Assembly (NCBI RefSeq): GCF_902652985.1
Contig: NC_047032.1
Span: forward strand, 5,580,001-5,644,000
Reading direction: 5' to 3'
Length of the DNA: 64,000 nt
Source of the DNA: Pecten maximus
Taxonomy: Eukaryota
The notes beneath the pieces are model-generated. The model was not told the origin of the DNA and ran no database searches. It saw nothing but the letters and a program-made list of their open reading frames with translations. The position numbers and the translations under genes are program-made. Positions 35,901-46,796 of the stretch are shown piece by piece (position 1 is the stretch's first letter; each line of letters starts with the position of its first letter).

Positions 35901-37159
35901 GTCTGTAAAATTTTGGATAGGTAGACCGGTTTAATTGTTCTTTAGTTTAGTTGGTATTTTTTAACATCCTATCAACAGCTATGGTCATTTAAGGACAGCC
36001 TACTTTTGGCGAGTGTGGGTGTATTTTGGGTGTTTGTCTCCTTTTGATAGTGCAGATTAACTGACACAGAATTTATAGTGCTATCTCACTGAAGCATACT
36101 GTGGCGAGTGTGGGTGTATTGTGTGTGTTTGTCTCCTTTTGATAGTGCAGATTAACTGACACAGAATTTATAGTGCTATCTCACTGAAGCATACTACCAA
36201 AGACATCCAATAATATAAGCCACCCAGTCACCAAACTCACCAAACTGACAGTCGGGTGTCGTTGGTCCATGCATGGTTGTGCCCTCTACACGGTTACCAT
36301 TTGGGAACACACACCAGCACTCATCAATGCCAGGCTCTCCCCGGCACTGTAGACGCTCGAAATCACCATCCAATGTACATCTTGGCACAAAAGATTTTGT
36401 TTCACGCGCATAATCTGGATCTTTTACAGAATTCCGCATTGTTTCACATTCTGAAAATGATCTTGTAGACTGGGGCTGTGTTGTAAATTCACCCAGAAAA
36501 CCTAAAATCAAAGTGAGTGATGCATCATAATGTAGTGAAGCCAGGAAAATAAAGAAAAGTTGAAATACCTTGATTTGTATAATATGTACATGTGGTACTA
36601 ACAAATATTGTAGCAAGAAATTAAAACCATCTAAAAAGCTTCTACCAAAGATCAAAGTAACCGCCAACATTTCTGTTATACATATATATGCCATATATAT
36701 TCAGGAAGTGTCACTTAAATTTTATTTTTATTTTTCCCTCTTTTTTCATGGAAAGAACAAAATTACAAAAAAGATACATTATACATAACAAAAATTAATA
36801 CATGATACATTACAAAAATAATGATTACCAAAAATTATGACCTTTTTCATGACTTTTTTAAAAAGAATATTTCTACAAAATGTATTGCTTTGAACTTTTT
36901 GATAAAATGTACAATTTTAAGAATAGAAAGACACTTTACAAAATCTATATTAATTAAAATAATTCCTGTATATAGATGTGCCCTTTCCTCCTACTAAGTT
37001 AAACATCACGGATACAAACTCCCTACCTTTGCCAGATCCTGATATTTCAATATCGTCGTCATCATCATCATCATCATCTGTAGATCCTTCCAGCATATCT
37101 TCATCGTCTGATTCTATCGTCCCATGTCCACTACCATTGTGTTCCAACTCTGCCCCATC
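23789..37159 (-). CDS. Sdc: Syndecan with two thyroglobulin type-1 domains, 5'-partial (354 aa); exons 37159-37027, 36501-36241, 35260-35063, 31582-31497, 28641-28590, 24841-24671, 23952-23789
   Basis: The last exon encodes [24 protein letters not shown] (GxxxG), C1 [10 protein letters not shown] and PDZ-binding EFYA*. The first visible exon has acidic GSG/SGSG GAG sites. All introns are GT-AG and the phases chain 0-1, 1-1, 1-1, 1-0, 0-1, 1-1, 1-stop. Confidence 0.88.
24100..24370 (-). mobile_element. Degenerate tRNA-head SINE (V-domain-like body) with an internal ~63-bp amplification
   Basis: GAGGAAACCAGAGTACCTGAGTAAAACCCA resembles the V-SINE core. The minus strand has A-box-like TGGTACAGTGG and B-box-like GGTTTGATATC. 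CCAATACCTGTTCATGTC occurs three times. Confidence 0.55.
24671..24841 (-). CDS. Sdc: Syndecan juxtamembrane exon (phase 1-1)
   Basis: [56 protein letters not shown]; TTACAG acceptor, G|GTGAGT donor. Confidence 0.92.
25857..26092. repeat. ~70-78-bp tandem triplication
   Basis: CAATGAATATTCAAATCATTAA...GAATATTCCTTGATGACTATTTAGACCAAT x3. Confidence 0.85.
26515..28390. repeat. 33-bp minisatellite (G-rich on the syndecan sense strand)
   Basis: Unit AACCCCTGCCTAGCCCCTCCTACAACAATCTAT. Confidence 0.97.
28590..28641 (-). CDS. Sdc: Syndecan 52-nt small exon (phase 0-1)
   Basis: [17 protein letters not shown]; strong acceptor TTTGTTTTGTTTTTCAG and donor T|GTAAGT. Restores the phase between its neighbours. 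Confidence 0.82.
29506..31122. repeat. 26/28-bp minisatellite
   Basis: Unit GTTTGTGAGAGCTTGTTGGATATGTA(CA). Confidence 0.97.
31497..31582 (-). CDS. Sdc: Syndecan Thr/Pro/Lys-rich stalk exon (phase 1-0)
   Basis: [29 protein letters not shown]; acceptor TTTTGTGCCTGTGTAG, donor GGA|GTAAGT. Confidence 0.85.
32612..32933 (+). mobile_element. ~320-bp element in (TA)n containing a tRNA-like Pol III head
   Basis: (TA)n on both sides. A box TGGCGCAGCGG (~32809) and B box GAGTTCGAGGC (~32868). Locally CpG-rich. Confidence 0.6.
32970..34083. repeat. 20-bp minisatellite
   Basis: Unit CCCTGTGTAAGTCTACAGTA. Confidence 0.97.
35063..35260 (-). CDS. Sdc: Syndecan exon: thyroglobulin type-1 domain 2 (198 nt, phase 1-1)
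   Basis: [66 protein letters not shown]: 6 Cys with PxC, QC and CWCV. TTGTTCCAG acceptor, AAG|GTATTC donor. Confidence 0.92.
35945..36195 (-). mobile_element. Truncated SINE fragment (Meta-SINE-like) with a 95-bp internal duplication
   Basis: TTTATAGTGCTATCTCACTGAAGCA and TTTAACATCCTATCAACAGCTATGGTCATTTAAGGAC resemble bivalve SINE body/tail sequence as I recall it. Duplicate copies start at 36007 and 36102. Confidence 0.5.
36241..36501 (-). CDS. Sdc: Syndecan exon: thyroglobulin type-1 domain 1 (261 nt, phase 1-1)
   Basis: [68 protein letters not shown]: 6 Cys with CWCV. TTTTAG acceptor, G|GTGAGT donor. Confidence 0.93.
37027..37159 (-). CDS. Sdc: Syndecan exon with GAG-attachment sites (phase 0-1)
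   Basis: [44 protein letters not shown]: Ser-Gly dipeptides flanked by acidic runs. Donor AAG|GTAGGG. Confidence 0.88.
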
Positions 37160-37170
37160 CTACAACACAC

Positions 37171-38490
37171 CAAGGTCAAACACTGGTTTACTGACAAGGT
37201 CAAACACTGGTTTACTGACAAGGTCAAACACTGGTTTACTGACAAGGTCAAACACTGGTTTACAGGCAAGGGCAAACACTGGTTTACTGACAAGGGCAAA
37301 CACTGGTTTACTGACAAGGTCAAACACTGGTTTACTGACAAGGTCAAACACTGGTTTACTGACAAGGTCAAACACTGCAGCTTGGTTTACTGACAAGGTC
37401 AAACACTGGTTTACTGACAAGGTCAAACACTGGTTTACAGGCAAGGGCAAACACTGGTTTAAATTTACTGGCAAGGTCAAACACTGGTTTACTGACAAGG
37501 TCAAACACTGGTTTACTGACAAGGTCAAACACTGGTTTACTGACAAGGTCAAACACTGGTTTAAATTTACTGGCAAGGTCAAACACTGGTTTACTGACAA
37601 GGTCAAACACTGGTTTAAATTTACTGGCAAGGTCAAACACTGGTTTACTGACAAGGTCAAACACTGGTTTACAGGCAAGGTCAAACACTGGTTTACTGAC
37701 AAGGTCAAACACTGGTTTACTGACAAGGGCAAACACTGGTTTACTGACATGGTCAAACACTGGTTTACTGACAAGGTCAAACACTGGTTTACTGACAAGG
37801 TCAAACACTGGTTTACTGACAAGGTCAAACACTGGTTTACTGACATGGTCAAACACTGGTTTACTGACAAGGTCAAACACTGGTTTACTGACAAGGTCAA
37901 ACACTGGTTTACAGCAATTCAACAACTGGTTTACTGACAAGGCAAACATTTTAGGCAGTTAAACATGGTTTACTGAAAAAGGCAAACATGTTTACTGACA
38001 GGTCAACACTTTACTGACTGTCAAAACACTTTTACTGAACAAGTGCAACCCCTGTTTAATTATTAACTTCAAGTGCAACATCTATTACTGAATCAAACTT
38101 CAAGTGACAGTCAACTTTACTACTTCAAGGACGACAGTCATACCCGTTTACTAACGTCAACGTACAGCATCAACATGTTTAAATCTTACTGCAAGTGCAA
38201 CATCTGTTACTTGACTAAGTTCAAGTGACAATCAACACTGTTTACTGACAAGTCAACACTGGTTTACTACATGGTCAACTTTATCTACACTGTCAAAGTT
38301 TACAATTACTGGCAGTCAACACTGTTATTCTACAAGTCAAACACGGTTTACTGACAATCCAACACTGTTTACTGAACCAAGGATCAACTGGTTTAAATTT
38401 ATGAAGGTCAAACATGGTTACTGAAAGGTCAACACTGCTGCTTGGTCTTTAATGACAACTCAAACACTATTACGTGACAATCAACACTGT
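37171..38490. repeat. 24-bp minisatellite (clean to ~37945, then degenerate)
   Basis: Unit CAAGGTCAAACACTGGTTTACTGA. Confidence 0.95.
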
Positions 38491-38491
38491 T

Positions 38492-38893
38492 CTTTATCTA
38501 ACTCAGTGACCATCTCAACTTTATCTAACTTCAAGTGACCATCACATTACTTTAAACTAACTTCAATGGCCATCTCATTACTTTATCTAACTTCAAGTGA
38601 CCATCTCATTACTTTATCTAACTTCAAGTGACCATCTCATTACTTTATCTAACTTCAAGTGACCATCTCATTACTTTATCTAACTTCAAGTGACCATCTC
38701 ATTACTTTATCTAACTTCAAGTGACCATCTCATTACTTTATCTAACTTCAAGTGACTTGACTATCCCATTACTTTATCTAACTTCAAGTGACCATCTCAT
38801 TACTTTATCTAACTTCAAGTGACAATCACATTACTTTATCTAACTTCAAGTGACCATCTCACTACTTTATCTAACTTCAAGTGACCATCTCAT
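38492..38893. repeat. 31-bp minisatellite
   Basis: Unit ACTTTATCTAACTTCAAGTGACCATCTCATT. Confidence 0.93.
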
Positions 38894-38899
38894 ACTTAT

Positions 38900-41800
38900 C
38901 AATCTCTTACTTTCTAATCCTCCTTACACCGCTCATCTTACCTCACCATACATCACCCCTCCACTATCTACGACCCTACACTCTACCCTACACCTCCACA
39001 TCTCTCGTACTCCACTACCTCACCATCCAACTACCTTCGTGACCTCACTCAATTCAGACATCCAACTTCTACCGACATCCACTATTACCAACTCCACTTC
39101 CCGACATCACCTTTATCAGAACCACCCTATCCAAACTACATCTCTCATGAATCAATTAACGCGTACTTCACTTCTACACCCCGACATCTCTCCAACTCAA
39201 TCTACCCGGACCCTCACTCTCTACCTGACACCTACATCTCTACCACACCTACTTCTACTGAACCTACATCTTACCGACCTCCACTTCTACCAACCTCCAC
39301 TTACTAACTCAACTACCTACCTCCACACTTCTACCGACACTCCACTCTCTCTACCCACAACCTCCACACTCTCTACCGACACTCCACTTTCTACTTCGTA
39401 CACCTCCACACTTCTACCCTGACACACTCCACATCTCTACCCTGACACCTCCAACTTCTAACCCGACACCTCCCACTTCTACTTAACACCATCCAATACT
39501 CTCTAACACCTCACACTATCTCTACCAGACACTCACACTTCATCACCCAGACACCTCACACTCTCTACCCGACCTCCAATATCTAACCTGACCTCCAACT
39601 TCTCACCGACACCTCATCTACCTCGGACACCTCCACACTCTCTAACCACGACACCTCCACTTCTACCCAGGACCTCCACTTCTACCAGCACTCCACTCTA
39701 CCCGACACCTCCACACTCTCTACCGACACCTCCACACTTCTACCCTGACACCTCCACATTTCTACCAGGACACCTCACTCTCTACCCGACACCCTACCTA
39801 TCTACCCACACCTCCACACTCTCTAACCTGACACCTCCACACTCTCACCCTGACACCTCCACATTCTACCCGACATCCACACTTCTACCCTGACACCTCC
39901 ACACTCTCTATCCCGACACCTCCACACTCTCTACCCCGACACCTCCACACTCTCTACCCCGACACCTCCACACTCTCTACCCCGACACCTCCACACTCTC
40001 TACCCGACACCTCCACACTCTCTACCCCGGACACCTCCACACTCTCTACCCCGACACCTCCACACTCTCTACCCCGACACCTCCACACTATCTACCCCGA
40101 CACCTCCACACTCTCTACCCCTGACACCTCCACACTCTCTACCCAGACACCTCCACCACCTCTCTACCCCGACACCTCCACACTCTTCTACCCCTGACAC
40201 CTCCACACTCTCTACCCGGACACCTCCACACTCTCTACCCAGACAACCTCCACACTATCTACCCCGGACACCTCCCACACTCTCTACCCGACACCTCCAC
40301 ACTCTCTACCCCGGACACCTCCACACTCTCTACCCCGACACCTCACACTCTCTATACCCTGACACCTCCACACTCTCTACCCGGACACCCTCCACACTCT
40401 CTACCCCGGACACCTCCACCTCTCTACCAACACTCCACTCTCTACCCGACACCTCCACACTCTCTACCTACTACTTCTACCGAACCCCACTCTCTCTACC
40501 CTCCAACTCTACCAGACACCTCCACACTTCTACCCAGACACCTCCACACATACCTCACCTTCTACCGACACCTCCACACTACTCTACCCCACTACACCTC
40601 CACACTATCTACCCTGACACCTCCACACTCTCTACCCGACACCTCCACACTCTCTACCCAGACACCTCCACACTCTCTACCCAGACACCTCCACACTCTC
40701 TACCCCGACACCTCCACACTCTCTACCCCGACACCTCCACACTCTCTACCCCGACACCTCCACACTCTCTACCCGACACCTCCACACTATCTACCCCCCT
40801 CACACCTCTCTACACACTCTCTACCAACCCTCTACACTCTCTAGACCACGACACCTCCACATTCTACCCGACACCTCCACACTCTCTACCCGACACCTCC
40901 ACACTCTCTACCGCACCTCACACTCTACCCCTGACACCTCCACACTATCTACCCCGACACCTCCACTCTCTCTATCCTGACACCTCCACACTCTCTACCC
41001 CGACACCTCCACACTATCTACCCAGACACCTCCACACTCTCTACCCAGACACCTCTACACTCTCTACCCCGACACCTCCACACTCTCTACCCAGACACCT
41101 CCACACTATCTACCCTGACACCTCCACACTCTCTACCCAGACACCTCCACACTATCTACCCTGACACCTCCACACTCTCTACCCGGACACCTCCACATTC
41201 TCTACCCAGACACCTCCACACTCTCTACCCGGACACCTCCACACTCTCTACCCCGGACACCTCCACACTCTCTACCCTGACACCTCCACACTCTCTACCC
41301 AGACACCTCCACACTATCTACCCTGACACCTCCACACTCTCTACCCGGACACCTCCACATTCTCTACCCAGACACCTCCACACTCTCTACCCCGACACCT
41401 CCACACTATCTACCCAGACACCTCCACACTCTCTACCCAGACACCTCCACACTCTACCCAACTCAACTCTACCCGACACCTCTCCACTCCATCTCTACCT
41501 CCGACACCTCCACACTCTCTACCGACACCCCACACTCTCACCCACGACACCCTCCACACTCTCCCTACCCCAGACACCTCCACACTCTCTACCCCCAGAC
41601 ACCTCCACACTATCTACCCACCCCTACCCACCTCCACACTCTCTACCCCGACACCTCCACACTATCTCTACCCGACACCTCCACACTCTCTACCCGACAC
41701 CCTCCACACTTCACTCCCACGACACCTCCACACTCTCTACCCCGACACCTCCACACTCTCTACCCGACACTCACACTCCCAACCTACACTCTACCCCGAC

Positions 41801-43560
41801 ACCCTCCACCACTCTCTACCCACACCTCCACACTATCTACCCCGACCCCACTCCTACCCCCTCACATCTACCACCTACACCTCCGACACCTCCCACCCCA
41901 CTTCTCTACCCAGACACCTCCACACCATCTACCCCGACACCTCCACACTCATCTACCCAGACACCCTCCACACTCTCTACCCTGACACCTCCACATCTCT
42001 ACCCAGACACCCTCCACACTCTCTACCCAGACACCTCCACACTATCTACCCCGACACCTCCACACTCTCTACCCGGACACCTCCACACTCTCTACCCAGA
42101 CACCTCCACACTCTCTACCCAGACACTCCACACTCTCTACCCAGACACCTCCACACTCTCTACCCAGACACCTCCACACTCTCTACCAGACACCTCCACA
42201 CTATCTACCCAGACACCTCCACACTCTCTACCCTGACACCTCCACATTCTCTACCCAGACACCTCCACACTCTCTATCCCCTGACACCTCCACACTTTCT
42301 ACATTGACACTTCCACACCTCTCTACCCCGACACCTCCACACTCTCTACCCGGACACCTCCACACTCTCTACCCCGACACCTCCACACTATCTACCCCGA
42401 CACCTCCACACTCTCTACCCCGACACCTCCACACTATCTACCCCGACACCTCCACACTCTCTACCCGGACACCTCCACACTATCTACCCCGACACCTCCA
42501 CACTATCTACCCCGACACCTCCACACTCTCTACCCAGACACCTCCACACTATCTACCCTGACACCTCCACACTCTCTACCCAGACACCTCCACACTATCT
42601 ACCCAGACACCTCCACACTATCTACCCCGACACCTACACACTCTCTACCCCGACACCTCCACACTCTCTACCCGGACACCTCCATGCTTTTTATCCTGAC
42701 ACCTCCACACTCTCTACCAGACACCTCCACACTCTCTACCCAGACACCTCCACACTCTCTACCCTGACACCTCCACACTCTCTACCCAGACACCTCCACA
42801 CTCTCTACCCAGACACCTCCACACTATCTACCCCGACACCTCCACACTCTCTACCCGGACACCTCCACACTCTCTACCCAGACACCTCCACACTCTCTAC
42901 CCAGACACCTCCACACTCTCTACCCAGACACCTCCACACTCTCTACCCAGACACCTCCACACTATCTACCCAGACACCTCCACACTCTCTACCCTGACAC
43001 CTCCACATTCTCTACCCAGACACCTCCACACTCTCTATCCTGACACCTCCACACTTTCTACATTGACACTTCCACACTCTCTACCCCGACACCTCCACAC
43101 TCTCTACCCGGACACCTCCACACTCTCTACCCCGACACCTCCACACTATCTACCCCGACACCTCCACACTCTCTACCCCGACACCTCCACACTATCTACC
43201 CCGACACCTCCACACTCTCTACCCAGACACCTCCACACTCTCTACCCAGACACCTCCACACTCTCTACCCCGACACCTCCACATTCTCTACTCGGACACC
43301 TCCACACTATCTACCCCGACACCTCCACATTCTCTACTCGGACACCTCCACATTCTCTACCCCGACACCTCCACATTCTCTACTCGGACACCTCCACACT
43401 CTCTACCCGGACGCCTCCACATTCTCTACTCGGACACCTCCACACTCTCTACCCGGACACCTCCACACTCTCTACCCGGACACCTCCACACTCTCTACCC
43501 CGACACCTCCACACTATCTACCCCGACACCTCCACATTCTCTACTCGGACACCTCCACAC
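38900..43560. repeat. 23-bp C-rich minisatellite (noisy left part)
   Basis: Unit GACACCTCCACACTCTCTACCC(C/A/T/G). Confidence 0.95.
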
Positions 43561-44644
43561 CTTCTTGTATCCGAAGTCACCAGTAAGTATTTAACAAATT
43601 ATATAACGAGTCTGACACAAGCAAAGGCAATAGTCCTACCAGAAAACTTCGCGTATTACGCCATGCTGATAAAACAGGGATTTTGAACACCTCCCCACAA
43701 TTCTGATGTAAACGAAGTGAATTCTACCAAAATCATTACCTCATGTTCATATGTCAACAGGTTTGTTTGTTGTTATATCATTAATTCAACTTCTAAATTA
43801 TGCAATGTATTTTTGTCAAGTTTCATTAAGCTACTGAAACTTTATCTGTACAGATAAGAACATTAGTATAATGACAGACTTCGTGTACAGTCCTACAACA
43901 CAAATCAACATCACTATATATAACAGTTAGTTTGGTATCACTATTTACATAAATATTTTTTGAATTTCATGTAAATGATGGTCTTTTATTGTTTCTGACA
44001 AATCTTGCTACAAGAAAATTGATTTAAGTAACTGGCTGATTGCATGACAGGTGTCTATCAGTATAAAACCAGCTTCCTCCTCAAAACACACATCAATATA
44101 TAGCTGTGTTAATCAAGACAGAGCCTCTTTTTCAACCTAATACCAGCACAAGAGATCAATGGTTTTTTTTTTACATTTACACATTCTTGAATTACATGAT
44201 GTGGATAGATTATCTTGCCATGGGTTTCTATATAAAATACTTTATTTTTCTGTTTTGTTTTGCAACTCCTTTCACACCTAAATACATATTCTAAATGAAA
44301 GCTATCAAGTAACATTCGTTGGAGAGGCTGGGATACATCCTTGCTATCTTGCCCCAGGAGATGGGACATCAGAATAAAAGAACTCCACCCAGACAGGCCT
44401 GCATGCTATCTGGTTACACACTTTGCATATGGTTAATGTAAGTAAAACATCACAAAACGAAGAAAGCAAATTCTATTTTTTTACCAAAATTTGTCAAATT
44501 TTTAAGTTTGACAGTACCAGGTATATTAGAAAATGAGATTTTGGAAGAATAGTTACACCACAAGATTTTTGTGTAGCGTTGCTATGAAAATGACAGCTAG
44601 CAGCTAATAAGATTTGAGGGATAATTATATAAGGTCATCATGAT

Positions 44645-44802
44645 CAGCCAATCAGATTTAAGGGAGAGTCATCAACCAATTAGATTTGGGGGATAGTCAT
44701 CAACCAATTAGATTTGGGGGATAGTCATCAACCAATTAGATTTGAGGATAAGTCATCTTCCAGTTAGATTTGAGGATAAGTCATCTTCCAGTTAGATTTG
44801 AG
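44645..44802. repeat. ~27-bp degenerate tandem repeat with CCAAT motifs
   Basis: CATCAACCAATTAGATTTGGGGGATAGT, ~6 copies. Confidence 0.75.
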
Positions 44803-45082
44803 TGTCTTCTATCAATTACTCTTGAGAAAAGGGCATCACATAGCAGATATATGATTAGTTATATCCAATTACATCTGTGATAGGGCCGTCCACCAATTAG
44901 ACACTAGATATGTCCTGCAATCAAATACGTTTTGAGGAAGAACTATCAATTTAAGACAGGATCATCCATGCCACCAATAAGATTTATAAGAAGCTTAGAC
45001 CAATATTCATCAACCAATCAGATTTGAGTTGGTTCGTCAGCTTTGTAACTCTTCAAAACTCAGGAGGATCCTTATACAAATG

Positions 45083-45542
45083 AACAAAGTCATCATTGTA
45101 CTGGGTAGTGTTGTCAATACCTGGTAATGGACAAGTCATCATTGTACTGGGTAGCGTTGTCAATACCTGATAATGGACAAGTCATCATTGTACTGGGTAG
45201 TGTTGTCAATACCTGATAATGGACAAGTCACCATTGTACTGGGTAGTGTTGTCAATACCTGATAATGGACAAGTCACCATTGTACTGGGTAGTGTTGTCA
45301 ATACCTGGTAATGGACAAGTCACCATTGTACTGGGTAGTGTTGTCAATACCTGGTAATGGACAAGTCATCATTGTACTGGGTAGTGTTGTCAATACCTGG
45401 TAATGGACAAGTCATCATTGTACTGGGTAGTGTTGTCAATACCTGGTAATGGACAAGTCATCATTGTACTAGGTAGTGTTGTCAATACCTGGTAATGGAC
45501 AAGTCATCATTGTACTGGGTAGTGTTGTCAATACCTGGTAAC
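45083..45542. repeat. 46-bp minisatellite x~10
   Basis: Unit GGACAAGTCATCATTGTACTGGGTAGTGTTGTCAATACCTGGTAAT. Confidence 0.95.
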
Positions 45543-46472
45543 TTCAGAACTCGTCCAAGGTCTAACAAAGATCAACACACTTCAATGCTCATCTACAAGA
45601 ATTATTGGTCTGGCACAATAAACATGGCCTAACTAAATCAACAGTAAACATTTATGGTTGGGAGAGAAAAATCAATAGACATTCACAGAATCCTATTACC
45701 TATAATGTAAGTAATAGTTAACAACTTACATGGACCCTGTGTTAACTCGCAATTAAAGCCTGGTAATCCAGGATCCTCTCAGCAACACTCAACACTGATA
45801 AAACAGCGTGTACTAGTACTACAGTCAATAGTTTTTTTGTTCTACTGTATTTAGCTCTAATATTAGTCCTAATATCTCGTTTCTTTCTTATGATTCGACA
45901 ATTAAGGCGCCAAGATTAGTGACATTCCACCGTATTCTTTATGCCAAAATAACTTTTGCCATTGGTGAAAAATGTGTTCTTTCCTAATAATATCTAACAT
46001 TTACACATATAATTCTAACTAAAACATTTATTAACCTATCATATTTTGCCTGGAAATAAGGTGCAATCATTTCAAAATTTACTATCTATGTCAGTGAAAT
46101 GTCCATTAATTTAAAAAAAAAAAACACTTTTTTATCATAACTTACACTTCATCTTTGTTATATTGTTAAATCTTTTTTAATCATAACTTACACTTTATCG
46201 ATGTTATTTTGTTAAAACTAACTTACAGGCACTGAGCCTAAAAGTCAAGGATAACATTGATCATTTCCAGGCTGGCTATTCTTATTTTTTCTGGTTCACC
46301 TCTGCACAATAGCAACGTAACAATATTAAGGTACTAAAGTTACTGATACTGGCTGTGGAAGCTGCCGATATACCCCACACAAATTATTTTAGCTTGGGAA
46401 TTAAAATCATGCTCAATACATATCAACTGCAGAATTCAGTATCCAGCATGTAGGCTGGTGTATATATATATA

Positions 46473-46796
46473 GGGACGAATCGTCTTTGAACTCTTCGGA
46501 ATACTTTCACGTGCGGGGGAATTCAAAATATCTCTGCCGTTGGTCGCATAGCGTTCTAGTGTTTGAACATGATGCAGTCACGCTAGTATCCGCCTTCGGC
46601 CCACGTTTGCCGAAGGGTTCATTGTGGTTTCTCCAGTTACTAAAACATTCTTATTGTATTTTATTGTATTTCCAGTACTTCTTATATATATTATGTGATT
46701 GTATTTGTGATTTTTTGTGTTTTGATAAAGGGGCGGATTGCCTCGAAAATTTAACAAACCTTATTGTTTACACTGTTTGAATTACTTCTTTGCCCC
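46473..46796 (+). mobile_element. (TA)n-embedded element with a minimal hammerhead-like motif; probable Penelope-like terminal-repeat remnant
   Basis: (TA)n flanks. Motif TGTT-TTGATAA-A-GGGGC-GGATT-GCCTC-GAAAATTT-AACA at ~46718-46756. Confidence 0.55.

Noticed and set aside
36978-37949. 319/246/193-aa ORFs (VKHWFTDK, TLSVNQCL repeats)
   Set aside because: Products of the 24-bp minisatellite plus the antisense of a syndecan exon.
38850-43686. Thr/Pro/His/Leu-rich ORFs resembling mucins
   Set aside because: C-rich 23-bp repeat on the strand opposite to syndecan, in partly low-quality sequence.
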